Positions 8,827 to 17,878 of a DNA stretch of 24,772 nt are shown piece by piece (the stretch's first letter is position 1; each line of letters starts with the position of its first letter). Source of the DNA: a virus (taxonomy: Duplodnaviria > Caudoviricetes); IMG/VR virus record IMGVR_UViG_3300049737_000287, positions 1 through 24,772 of that record. One strand, 5' to 3'. Below the pieces are notes generated by a model. It worked only from the letters and a program-made list of their open reading frames with translations, ran no database searches and was not told the DNA's origin. Position numbers and translations under genes: made by a program.

Positions 8827-10218
8827 ATGCAAACAAATACTGTATCTTACGATAGGTTGATCGAGAAATGGGCCCCAGTACTCAATGAGGAATCTGCTGG
8901 CTCAATAACCGATCATCACAAAAAAGCTGTTACAGCTGCTGTTCTTGAAAATCAAGAAATAGCTTTAAGAGAAGAGGGTATGCTTCAAGAAGCTGCTCCA
9001 GCTAACGCTACTGGTAATGTAGCTAACTGGAACCCTGTACTAATCGCACTTGTAAGACGTGCAATGCCAAACCTTATGGCATACGATGTCTGCGGTGTAC
9101 AACCAATGACTGGTCCTACCGGACTTATCTTTGCGATGAAGTCAACATATAAAGATCCACAAGGCATTAGACTTGCTGGTGAAGCTGATGGAAATGAAGC
9201 TCTATTTAACGAAGCTAATACATTCTTTTCAGGTGACTCATCTGCAACCGGTAACGGTGCAAAAGGTCCATCAGGTTTTGTTGGAGTAACAGACACTGGT
9301 TTTGCTGGTGCAAACACTGATCCATCAATTCTTGACTCTGCCTCTGCAACGCACGGCGTAACAGGTACAGGTTATGCAACAGGTACTGCTGAAGCTCTAG
9401 GCGACGGTTCTGCACCAAATGCTCATATTCCAGAAATGGGATTTACAATTGAAAAGGCAACAGTTACTGCCAGATCAAGAGCGCTAAAAGCAGAATACAG
9501 TCTTGAACTTGCTCAGGATTTAAAAGCTATTCACGGTCTAGACGCTGAGACAGAATTGGCAAATATATTGTCAACTGAAATCTTAGCTGAGATTAATCGT
9601 GAAGTTATTAGAAATATAAATCTTCAAGCAAAAATCGGTTGTCGACAAGCTGAAATCAAAGTAAACGGACTATTCGACGTTCAGAACGATGCTGATGGTC
9701 GTTGGTCAGTTGAAAGATGGAAAGGTCTTGTATTTCAACTCGAGAGAGAATCTAACGTAATCGCGAAAGAAACAAGACGTGGTAAAGGTAACTTTATAAT
9801 CTGTTCTTCAGATGTTGCCTCCGCTCTTAACGCTGCCGGTATGTTAGACTATACACCTGCAATGTCAACTAACCTAAACGTTGATGACACTGGTAATACA
9901 TTTGCTGGTACATTAAACGGCAGAATGAGAGTTTACATCGACCCATATGCGGTTGCTAACTATGTAAACGTAGGTTATAAAGGAACTAACCCATATGATG
10001 CTGGTATGTTCTATTGCCCATATGTACCGCTAACTATGGTACGTGCTGTTGGTGAGAACACATTCCAACCAAAAATTGGTTTTAAAACCAGATATGGAAT
10101 GCAAGTTAACCCATTTGTAACAAGCTCACCAAAAGATGGTATGGATGCTGCTACAGTTAGAAATAACCAGTACTACAGAATTTTTAGAGTAGATAACATA
10201 CTCGATTCTGTATCTTAA
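8827..10218 (+). CDS. gp23: Major capsid protein
   Basis: EKWAPVL, LENQE, RRAMPNL.AYD.CGVQPMTGPTGLIFAM, SRALKAEYSLELAQDLKAIHGLDAE, YCPYVPL and FQPKIGFKTRYG motifs. Confidence 0.99.
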   Translation: MQTNTVSYDRLIEKWAPVLNEESAGSITDHHKKAVTAAVLENQEIALREEGMLQEAAPANATGNVANWNPVLIALVRRAMPNLMAYDVCGVQPMTGPTGLIFAMKSTYKDPQGIRLAGEADGNEALFNEANTFFSGDSSATGNGAKGPSGFVGVTDTGFAGANTDPSILDSASATHGVTGTGYATGTAEALGDGSAPNAHIPEMGFTIEKATVTARSRALKAEYSLELAQDLKAIHGLDAETELANILSTEILAEINREVIRNINLQAKIGCRQAEIKVNGLFDVQNDADGRWSVERWKGLVFQLERESNVIAKETRRGKGNFIICSSDVASALNAAGMLDYTPAMSTNLNVDDTGNTFAGTLNGRMRVYIDPYAVANYVNVGYKGTNPYDAGMFYCPYVPLTMVRAVGENTFQPKIGFKTRYGMQVNPFVTSSPKDGMDAATVRNNQYYRIFRVDNILDSVS

Positions 10219-10239
10219 TAAACTTAAAATAATAACTTT

Positions 10240-10265
10240 AGAGGGGCTTTTGCCCCTCTTTTTTT
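10240..10265 (+). terminator. Rho-independent terminator after gp23
   Basis: AGAGGGGC-TTTT-GCCCCTCT followed by a T-tract. Confidence 0.9.
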
Positions 10266-10276
10266 GTTTAAACGTA

Positions 10277-10284
10277 TATAAATA
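10277..10284 (+). promoter_or_regulatory. T4-type late promoter for the gp3 region
   Basis: TATAAATA right after the terminator, ending 5 nt before the ATG at 10290. Confidence 0.75.
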
Positions 10285-10289
10285 GGATT

Positions 10290-10796
10290 ATGGCAACATT
10301 AACTAATAATTTAAATTACTTACAACCGACGTCGTATAAGCTAACGATAGATAGAGAAAACTATCCGAACTTAGAATACTTCGCTCAGAGTGTTACGCAT
10401 CCTGGTATGATAATGAATCCAATTGAAGTACCGTATAAACAACTTACCGGAGTACCTTTTACTGGAGCAAAATTAACGTATAACGAATTATCAGCAAATT
10501 TGATTTTAGATGAAAATTTAAAATCGTATGACGAAATGTATAATTGGATGCGTAGATTATTAGAACAAGAAGAAATACCAGCAATAAAAAGAAGTCACAA
10601 ATTAAAGATAGTTCCGACATATTCTGATATTACTGTTTCTATCTTGTCTAGTCATAACAATAAGACTAAAGAAATTAAATATATAGATTGCATACCAATA
10701 GCTTTAGGAGATATTACATTTGAATCGACTGCAACAGGTACAGAATTTGTTACCTTTGCAATATCGTTTAGATTTAGTTATTTTGATTTATTATAA
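10290..10796 (+). CDS. gp3: Tail completion / sheath stabiliser (tail tube terminator)
   Basis: NYLQPT.YKL, YFAQSV.HPG, L..NLILDENL..Y.E.YNW and YSDIT..ILSSHN motifs; position after gp23 as in marine T4-like phages. Confidence 0.85.
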   Translation: MATLTNNLNYLQPTSYKLTIDRENYPNLEYFAQSVTHPGMIMNPIEVPYKQLTGVPFTGAKLTYNELSANLILDENLKSYDEMYNWMRRLLEQEEIPAIKRSHKLKIVPTYSDITVSILSSHNNKTKEIKYIDCIPIALGDITFESTATGTEFVTFAISFRFSYFDLL

Positions 10797-10808
10797 TACA
10801 GGATTAAT

Positions 10809-11465
10809 ATGGCATTTTTGATACATAATTTACCACCGGTAAATGTTTACGTTAGAAAAGAATATTTATATGATTTAAAAAAAGGACACGGCGAATACAC
10901 TCCTGGAATTTGGGTAAGTGTAAAGTCCACAATGTGTAAAGCATTATATTTTGAAACACTACTTACTGATTATGGTGCTTTATTCGATAAACTTCCGATA
11001 TCGGCATTTGTTTGGAAAATTGAAGATCATGGTGATTTACCACTTGATGTTCTTCAATTATGGGATTGTTTTGATTATAGTTTAACAGTATTGGAAAAAC
11101 CTATATTAGGTAATTGCGAATTTTTTGGAAAAGACAAAAACATGCATCCGGGAGAATATCTTTTTACAATAGATAATTGTCATTCAGAAAGATCAACTCT
11201 AGATCAAAATTTTTCTGAACACGATCCGGAACACAAATCATTTAATATATTACAATTAGAAAATGGTCAGTTTGCAGCACAACCTAATAATAGAATAATA
11301 TGGCGTGATAGTTCATTAACACCAGATAAGTTAATGACTCCAGACTTTAAAGTTTGTACCCAAAATTATAGAGTCGAAACAGAACCAAAATGGTCAGTTG
11401 GTCACACAGATGAATGGGCTTATAAAACTAAAGAAGAGGAAAGTATAGATAATAATTATGATTGA
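10809..11465 (+). CDS. Conserved hypothetical phage protein
   Basis: 218 aa with AGGA RBS; motifs NLPP, YVRKEYLYDL, LQLWDCF, EYLFTID and GQFAAQPNNR recalled from marine phage hypotheticals; function unknown. Confidence 0.8.
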   Translation: MAFLIHNLPPVNVYVRKEYLYDLKKGHGEYTPGIWVSVKSTMCKALYFETLLTDYGALFDKLPISAFVWKIEDHGDLPLDVLQLWDCFDYSLTVLEKPILGNCEFFGKDKNMHPGEYLFTIDNCHSERSTLDQNFSEHDPEHKSFNILQLENGQFAAQPNNRIIWRDSSLTPDKLMTPDFKVCTQNYRVETEPKWSVGHTDEWAYKTKEEESIDNNYD

Positions 11466-11904
11466 TTTGAAACAGTTACTTGATGAATGGAAAGATGATT
11501 GTACAATAAGTGAAATACATTTAGATGAAACTTCTAGACAAGTTCCTATTCTACATTCAAAATATTTAGAAAAATTAATGAATGCTAAACTCATATTGAA
11601 AAAAAGTGAGTTCGAACAAAAATTACTTTTAAAACAAAAATGGTTATATTATAACGGAAAAATGGATCAAGATGAAATTAAAAAATTAGAATGGGATCCG
11701 GATCCATTTGGCGGATTAAAAATATTAAAGGGTGAAATGGATTATTATTATGATGCAGATCCGGAAATACAAAAGTCAGAAGAAAAGATTCAATATTATA
11801 AAACGATAGTAGATACTTTATCAGAGATAATAGATAATTTAAAATGGCGACATCAGACAATAAGCAATATAATTAAATGGAAACAATTTCAGTCAGGAAA
11901 TTAG
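11458..11904 (+). CDS. uvsY: Recombination mediator UvsY
   Basis: W..D..I, P.LHSKYL, KW.YY.GK and I..IIKW..F motifs; located upstream of uvsW. Confidence 0.88.
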   Translation: MIDLKQLLDEWKDDCTISEIHLDETSRQVPILHSKYLEKLMNAKLILKKSEFEQKLLLKQKWLYYNGKMDQDEIKKLEWDPDPFGGLKILKGEMDYYYDADPEIQKSEEKIQYYKTIVDTLSEIIDNLKWRHQTISNIIKWKQFQSGN

Positions 11905-13346
11905 ATCATTCTAATCTACACGTCGATTGTGATTATGGCATAGCAGCAGAAATAAAAGAATTTTTTTCTTTTTATGTGCCTGGCTATAGATTTATGCCCG
12001 CGTTTAAACGTAGAGTTTGGGATGGAAAAATACGATTATATGATACTAATAGTGGTGAATTACCAGGTGGATTATATCCTCAATTAAAAGTATTTGCAGA
12101 TACTCGTAATTACAAATTAAAAGAAATAAGAACAAAATATGGTTTGGCTACTGATATTAATATTGTTAAACCTGAAGATATATTTTATTTTGCAAAAACA
12201 TTAGAGTTACCATTTGAATTAAGAGACTATCAATTTACCGGTATATCCCATGCCATAAAACAAAAAAGAGCAATATTATTATCACCGACAGGTTCTGGTA
12301 AATCATTAATAATATATTATTTAATACGTTGGTTTTTAGCTAATTATAATCAAAAAGTTTTAGTTATTGTACCGACTACAAGTTTAGTTGAACAAATGCA
12401 TACTGATTTTGTAAGTTATAACATGCCAAAAGATATGGCTCATAAAATTTATTCTGGTAAAGAAAAAACTGATAATGCTAACATATATATCAGTACATGG
12501 CAATCGATATACAAATTACCTAAGATATGGTTTCAACAGTTTGGAGCTGTTTTTGGCGATGAATGCCATGGATTTAAATCAAAATCATTAATGAATATAA
12601 TGAATAAAGCTACTGAAGCAGAATATAGATACGGAACAACTGGCACTTTAGATGGGACACAAACACACGAATTAGTTTTACAAGGATTATTTGGTAAAAC
12701 ATATAAAGTTACAACTACTAAAGCATTACAAGACAATGATACATTAGCCAAACTCGACATACATCGTGTAATTTTAAATTATTTAAAAAAAGATCGGGAA
12801 ATTTTTGGAAAGAAAACTTATCAGGAAGAAATCGAATATATAGTTGATAATAATAAAAGAAATAAATTCATAACTAATTTAGCTGTAGATCAAAAAGGTA
12901 ATACATTAGTTCTTTTTAATTGGGTAGAAAAACATGGAAAACCTTTATTTGAATTAATAAATAGTAAAGTAAACGAAGCACGCAAAGTTTTTTTTGTATC
13001 TGGTGCTACTGAAACAACAGATCGCGAAGCGATAAGAGGTATAGTTGAAAAACAAAGAAATGCTATTATTGTTGCCAGTCTTGGCACTTTTTCCACTGGT
13101 ATTAATATTAGGAATCTTCATAATATTGTTTTTGCCAGTCCAAGCAAATCACAAATTAGAGTCCTCCAGTCGATCGGAAGAGGGTTGAGAAAATCAGATA
13201 ATGGTGTGCCGACTAAACTTTTTGATATTATAGATAATTTATGTAATGACACAAATAAAAATTTTAGTTGGCAACATGGTAAAGAAAGACTAAAAATATA
13301 TGATAAAGAAAAATTTAATTTTAAAACATACGAAATAGAAATATGA
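11877..13346 (+). CDS. uvsW: SF2 RNA-DNA/DNA helicase UvsW
   Basis: WDGKIRL, LRDYQ, SPTGSGKS, VPTTSLVEQ, DECH, GTTGT, FSTGINIRNLH and LQSIGRGLR motifs. Confidence 0.96.
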   Translation: METISVRKLDHSNLHVDCDYGIAAEIKEFFSFYVPGYRFMPAFKRRVWDGKIRLYDTNSGELPGGLYPQLKVFADTRNYKLKEIRTKYGLATDINIVKPEDIFYFAKTLELPFELRDYQFTGISHAIKQKRAILLSPTGSGKSLIIYYLIRWFLANYNQKVLVIVPTTSLVEQMHTDFVSYNMPKDMAHKIYSGKEKTDNANIYISTWQSIYKLPKIWFQQFGAVFGDECHGFKSKSLMNIMNKATEAEYRYGTTGTLDGTQTHELVLQGLFGKTYKVTTTKALQDNDTLAKLDIHRVILNYLKKDREIFGKKTYQEEIEYIVDNNKRNKFITNLAVDQKGNTLVLFNWVEKHGKPLFELINSKVNEARKVFFVSGATETTDREAIRGIVEKQRNAIIVASLGTFSTGINIRNLHNIVFASPSKSQIRVLQSIGRGLRKSDNGVPTKLFDIIDNLCNDTNKNFSWQHGKERLKIYDKEKFNFKTYEIEI

Positions 13347-13801
13347 AAGATAATATAAAACATTTTAAATTAAGTACTGGTGAAGAAATAATTTGTGAAG
13401 TTGTAGAATGGGACACCATCGAAACTTCTGCTATATTAATTAGAAAAGCTATGAAATTATATGATTCAATTAATATAAGAAATGGTTATAAATTTTTTAG
13501 TTTTAGACCATGGTTGTCATTTAACGATGATCCAAATGTATTACAAACTATTAATTCTGAACATATTGTAGGAGAATCGTCTCCATCACCAGACTTACTT
13601 AAATTGTACGAAAAATCTTTAAGTAAATTAAATAAATTTTTAGAAGAAAAACCAATTAGTGATCCTATTGATTTAGATCATTTAGAAGATTTGACCGACG
13701 ACGAAGTACATGAATACATAGAAGAACAATTAGATAAACAAGAAGCGAAAGACAGTGATAAATCATCAAATATTTTACCATTTCCAAAAACATTTCATTA
13801 G
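13343..13801 (+). CDS. Conserved hypothetical protein between uvsW and gp55
   Basis: ATGA overlap with uvsW; KL.TGEEII..V N-terminus, RPW, acidic tail and ILPFPKTFH end; syntenic in marine T4-like phages as recalled. Confidence 0.8.
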   Translation: MKDNIKHFKLSTGEEIICEVVEWDTIETSAILIRKAMKLYDSINIRNGYKFFSFRPWLSFNDDPNVLQTINSEHIVGESSPSPDLLKLYEKSLSKLNKFLEEKPISDPIDLDHLEDLTDDEVHEYIEEQLDKQEAKDSDKSSNILPFPKTFH

Positions 13802-13831
13802 TATATCCTCCTCCCCAAAATACCTTAATTT

Positions 13832-13860
13832 ATTATATACTAGAACGTAAGTTTTGTAAA
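13832..13860 (-). promoter_or_regulatory. Sigma70-type promoter on the minus strand (antisense to the uvsW operon)
   Basis: Minus strand reads TTTACA-17 nt-TATAAT, the same architecture as the promoter before gp45. Confidence 0.7.
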
Positions 13861-13895
13861 CCATTATTTTTTGTTTTTATTTAAAAAAATATATA

Positions 13896-13924
13896 TTTAC
13901 ATGGTAATGAATATATGATATTAT
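13896..13924 (+). promoter_or_regulatory. Sigma70-type early/middle promoter for gp55
   Basis: TTTACA-17 nt-TATTAT with an extended -10 TG. Confidence 0.75.
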
Positions 13925-13946
13925 ATACTTATTAATGGAGTAAATT

Positions 13947-14534
13947 ATGCCAAGAAGAAATAAGAAAAGTATACATTATGTTAATAATGCTGAATTTTCT
14001 CAAGCAGTTGTAGATTATGTAAAAACAGCTGACTCAGCTAAATCTAAAAATAAAGAAATTCCTATAGTACCAAACTATGTTGCGCAATGCTTTTTAAGAA
14101 TAGCTGAAGGGTTGTCTCATAAAGCTAACTTTATAAGATATACTTATAGAGAAGAAATGGTTATGGATGCTGTAGAAAATTGTCTTAAAGCCATAGGTAA
14201 TTATAATTTAGATGCTGCCACTAGAACTGGTAATCCTAATGCTTTTGCTTATTTTACTCAAATAACTTGGTATGCTTTTCTTAGAAGAATAGCCAAAGAA
14301 AAGAAGCAACAAGAAATTAAAATGAAATATCTAACTTCTTCGCCATTAGAAGAATTTGTAGTAACAGAAGAAGGTTCTACTCCAATAGTTAGTGCTTTTG
14401 TTGATTCACTGAAAGATAGAATTGAAAAAGTAAGACATACTGATAATAAAATAAAAGCATATGCTAAACAAGAAAAAATTAAAAAAAAGAGAACAATAAG
14501 CGTTGATTCAGATTTAAGCGAGTTTATGGCATGA
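13947..14534 (+). CDS. gp55: Late-transcription sigma factor
   Basis: HYVNN.EF, IAEGLSHK.NF..YTYREEM..DA.ENC and NAFAYFTQI..YAFLRRI.KEKKQ motifs. Confidence 0.96.
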   Translation: MPRRNKKSIHYVNNAEFSQAVVDYVKTADSAKSKNKEIPIVPNYVAQCFLRIAEGLSHKANFIRYTYREEMVMDAVENCLKAIGNYNLDAATRTGNPNAFAYFTQITWYAFLRRIAKEKKQQEIKMKYLTSSPLEEFVVTEEGSTPIVSAFVDSLKDRIEKVRHTDNKIKAYAKQEKIKKKRTISVDSDLSEFMA

Positions 14535-14866
14535 ATAAATTTCCAGTAATATTAGTATTAGTTACAACCATAGTTTTAGTATTAATAACAGTAACAGTTT
14601 CTTTTGGAATGACATGGAATGATAAACCAGTTGCTTGTATGAGTAAAGAAATGGCAGAAGATGTTACGTATAGAAGACAAGAAAATTTAATTTTTAAAGC
14701 TATGCAAACAACTAAAGTGAGATCAGAAGATGGGTTACAAGATGAAATGCGAGTAATACCGTTTTCTTTTTATTTTAATCCTGCAACAAAAACTTATACA
14801 ATGTTTGAATATCACTCAGCGTATAATAGTTATTGTATTTTAAGTCAAGGTGTAAAAATAGATTAA
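14531..14866 (+). CDS. Hypothetical exported or membrane-anchored protein
   Basis: Hydrophobic N-terminal signal-like segment, then WNDKPVAC...YCILSQG; overlaps both neighbours (ATGA, TAATG). Confidence 0.75.
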   Translation: MNKFPVILVLVTTIVLVLITVTVSFGMTWNDKPVACMSKEMAEDVTYRRQENLIFKAMQTTKVRSEDGLQDEMRVIPFSFYFNPATKTYTMFEYHSAYNSYCILSQGVKID

Positions 14867-15927
14867 TGAAAATAGCTATATTAAATGATACCCATTGTGG
14901 TATAAGAAACTCTTCACAAATATTTTTAGATAATGCAAAAGAATTTTATGATAAGGTTTTTTTTCCGGAATGTGAAAAACACAATATAAAACAAATAGTA
15001 CATCTTGGTGATTATTATGATCACAGAAAATTTGTAAATTTTAAAGCTCTTAATCATAATAGAAAATGTTTTTTAAACGAAATTAGAAAACGTGGCATGA
15101 TGATGGATATTATTCCTGGTAATCATGATACGTATTTTAAAAATACTAATGACTTAAATGCTTTAAAAGAACTACTTGGGCATTATATGAATGAAATCCA
15201 TATAATAATGGAACCTACTGTAATGGAATATGGTTCTTTAAAAATGTCATTATTACCGTGGATTAATCAAGAAAATCATCAACAATCTATGAATTTTATA
15301 CAAAACTGTAAAGCAGATTGGTTAGGTGCGCATTTAGAATTATGTGGATTCGATATGTTAAAGGGTATACCTAATCATCATGGAATGAATCCAGCAGTTG
15401 TTGACAGGTTCGAGCAAGTTATAACTGGTCATTTTCATACTTCTTCTAAAAAGGGAAACGTTTGGTATCTTGGATCACCTTTAGAATATTTTTGGTCTGA
15501 TGCGCATGATCCAAAGTACTTTCATATTCTAGATACTGAAACACGCAAATTAGAAAGAATACAAAATAATTATAGGTTATTCGAAAAAATTGTGTACAAT
15601 GCCACTAAAACCAATTATAATACATATACAGTATCTAATTTAGATAAAAAGTTTGTAAAAATAATTGTTGTCAATAAAGGAGATAGTTTTACTTTTGATA
15701 GATTTGTAGATAGAATTCAAAATCAAGATATATACGAACTAAAAATAGCAGAAAATTTTTCTGAATTTGTTGGTCAAAATATAGCAGACGAAGGTTTAGA
15801 AGTGGATGACACTCCGAAACTTATGGATGATTATATTAATAATGTTGATACTGATTTAGATAAGGATAAACTAAAAATTAATATGCGTGATTTAATGACA
15901 GAAGCCCAATCTTTAGAGATAGCATAA
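14866..15927 (+). CDS. gp47: Recombination endonuclease subunit (Mre11/SbcD-like)
   Basis: MKIAILNDTH.G, HLGD..D, GNHD, GAHLE and GHFH metallophosphoesterase motifs. Start moved to ATG 14866 (TAATG coupling). Confidence 0.95.
   Translation: MKIAILNDTHCGIRNSSQIFLDNAKEFYDKVFFPECEKHNIKQIVHLGDYYDHRKFVNFKALNHNRKCFLNEIRKRGMMMDIIPGNHDTYFKNTNDLNALKELLGHYMNEIHIIMEPTVMEYGSLKMSLLPWINQENHQQSMNFIQNCKADWLGAHLELCGFDMLKGIPNHHGMNPAVVDRFEQVITGHFHTSSKKGNVWYLGSPLEYFWSDAHDPKYFHILDTETRKLERIQNNYRLFEKIVYNATKTNYNTYTVSNLDKKFVKIIVVNKGDSFTFDRFVDRIQNQDIYELKIAENFSEFVGQNIADEGLEVDDTPKLMDDYINNVDTDLDKDKLKINMRDLMTEAQSLEIA
15593..15621 (+). promoter_or_regulatory. Internal sigma70-type promoter within gp47
   Basis: TGTACA-17 nt-TATAAT. 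Confidence 0.55.
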
Positions 15928-16112
15928 TGGACATGTTAACAATACTAGGTTTAAAAAAACAAGAAGATGAAACAGAAGAACTTGACACTAAAGTCAATAT
16001 ACATACATTATACAAACATCGATGGGTTTGGTACCACTTAATACTGTGTATTCAAATGATTTTAACTAATGTATTATTAATAGCAATTCTTTTTGTTTTG
16101 GCATTAAAATGA
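15927..16112 (+). CDS. Small membrane protein with a C-terminal hydrophobic helix
   Basis: 61 aa, coupled to gp47 (TAATG) and gp46 (ATGA); WVWYHLILCIQMILTNVLLIAILFVLAL is hydrophobic. Confidence 0.75.
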   Translation: MDMLTILGLKKQEDETEELDTKVNIHTLYKHRWVWYHLILCIQMILTNVLLIAILFVLALK

Positions 16113-17821
16113 TAAAATTTAATAAAGTAAAGTGGAAAAATTTTCTATCCACCGGTAATACTTTTACCGAAATAGATTTAAATAGAAATAAATCAACATT
16201 AATTGTTGGACCAAATGGCTGTGGTAAATCTACTATGCTAGATGCTGTGTCATTTGGTTTATTTGGAAAACCTCATCGAAGTATTAATAAACAACAACTC
16301 GTTAATTCTATAAATGGTAAAGAATGTATTGTTGAAGTTAATTTTTCGATAGGTCAATCAGTTTATAATGTGATAAGAGGTATTAAACCTAACACATTTG
16401 AAATTTGGCGTGATGGCACTATGATTAATCAGAGTTCTCATGCCAAAGAGTACCAGAAGATCCTTGAGCAAAATATCCTAAAACTTAATCATAAGTCGTT
16501 TCATCAGGTAGTTGTATTAGGTTCCTCCTCATTTATTCCCTTTATGCAGCTATCTACTGGACACAGGAGAGGTGTTATTGAGGATCTTCTGGACATCAAT
16601 GTTTTTTCTAAAATGAATATCATATTAAGAGAGCAAACTAATAAATTAAAAGATGAACTAAAAGATTTAAATTATAAAATAGATATATCAACAAATAAAA
16701 TTGATACTCAGAAAAAATATATAAAAGATATTCAATTGTTGACTGATGAAAATAAAAAACAATATCACGATAAAATAACAATTTCTAATAGTAAAATTAC
16801 AGTATTACAAAAAGATAATTATGAATTATCTGATGGCTTAGATGATGAACAAACAAAAATTGAAGGTGATTTGAAAGAACTTCATGATTTAAAAAATGTT
16901 AATATGATGGCTAATTCAGAAGTTCAAACTCAAATGAGAGCAATTGGTAAAACTGCAAAGTTTTTTGAAACAACTGACAATTGCCCGACATGTAAACAAT
17001 CTATTTCTAGTGATATAAAAGAAATTGCTTTATCTGAAGCAAGAACAGAAGCCAAATCTTTACAAAGTAGATTACAATTGATCATGGATGAAAAAGAATC
17101 TGTAACACAAGATATTGATCATTGGAACAAATTATTAGGTTCTATTAGAGAAAAAACTACTGTTATTAATATGAATAATAAAGAAATAGCTTCATTGCAA
17201 AATAGCATAAAAGAATATCAAGAATTTTTAAATAACGATGTATCTGCAGATTTAAGTGAAGCTAAAAATCAATTAGAAAATTTGATAATGAGTAAATCAG
17301 ATCTTTATACTCAAAAGATGGAAAGAAACGAAAAATATTCTTATAATTCTGCTATGGCTGAAATGTTAAAAGATACTGGTATCAAAACAAAAATTATAAA
17401 ACAATATTTACCAGTAATGAATACTCTGATTAATCAATATTTACAAGTATTAGATTTTTATGTACACTTTGATTTAGATGATGAATTTAATGAAACAATA
17501 AGATCTCGACATCGTGATGATTTTACATATGAATCTTTTTCTGAAGGTGAAAAACAAAGAATAGATCTGTCTTTATTATTTACTTGGAGACAAATAGCTA
17601 AGATGAAAAATTCGGTATCGACAAATCTATTAATATTAGATGAAACATTTGATTCGTCTCTTGATCATGAAGGTGTAGAAAATTTATTAAAAATATTAAC
17701 AACTCTTCCAGATGAAACGAATGTATTTGTTATATCCCATAAAGGAGAAATATTAGATAATAAATTTGAAGATAAAATAGAATTTACAAAAGTAAAAAAC
17801 TTTTCGAAGATTGCTGCTTAA
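16109..17821 (+). CDS. gp46: Recombination endonuclease ATPase subunit (Rad50/SbcC-like)
   Basis: WKNFLS.GN, Walker A GPNGCGKST, CPTC zinc hook in a coiled coil, signature FSEGEKQR, LILDE and ISH motifs. Confidence 0.96.
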   Translation: MIKFNKVKWKNFLSTGNTFTEIDLNRNKSTLIVGPNGCGKSTMLDAVSFGLFGKPHRSINKQQLVNSINGKECIVEVNFSIGQSVYNVIRGIKPNTFEIWRDGTMINQSSHAKEYQKILEQNILKLNHKSFHQVVVLGSSSFIPFMQLSTGHRRGVIEDLLDINVFSKMNIILREQTNKLKDELKDLNYKIDISTNKIDTQKKYIKDIQLLTDENKKQYHDKITISNSKITVLQKDNYELSDGLDDEQTKIEGDLKELHDLKNVNMMANSEVQTQMRAIGKTAKFFETTDNCPTCKQSISSDIKEIALSEARTEAKSLQSRLQLIMDEKESVTQDIDHWNKLLGSIREKTTVINMNNKEIASLQNSIKEYQEFLNNDVSADLSEAKNQLENLIMSKSDLYTQKMERNEKYSYNSAMAEMLKDTGIKTKIIKQYLPVMNTLINQYLQVLDFYVHFDLDDEFNETIRSRHRDDFTYESFSEGEKQRIDLSLLFTWRQIAKMKNSVSTNLLILDETFDSSLDHEGVENLLKILTTLPDETNVFVISHKGEILDNKFEDKIEFTKVKNFSKIAA

Positions 17822-17824
17822 CTG

Positions 17825-17853
17825 TTTACAAATACCCGAAAATGTTATATAAT
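17825..17853 (+). promoter_or_regulatory. Sigma70-type promoter for gp45
   Basis: Intergenic TTTACA-17 nt-TATAAT. Confidence 0.8.
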
Positions 17854-17878
17854 TATTATAGAAAAGTGAGGTTATAAT

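Noticed and set aside
11444-11451. TATAGATA as a late promoter for uvsY/uvsW
   Set aside because: A one-mismatch motif within AT-rich coding sequence; plausible but not supportable without TSS data.
13665-13793. 42-aa minus-strand hydrophobic ORF as a type I toxin
   Set aside because: The antisense of an acidic coding region is hydrophobic by default, and SD spacing (13 nt) favours the other ATG; kept only as an alternative within the finding.
14833-14865. Upstream start for gp47
   Set aside because: The family starts at MKIAIL, and ATG 14866 is coupled to the upstream stop.
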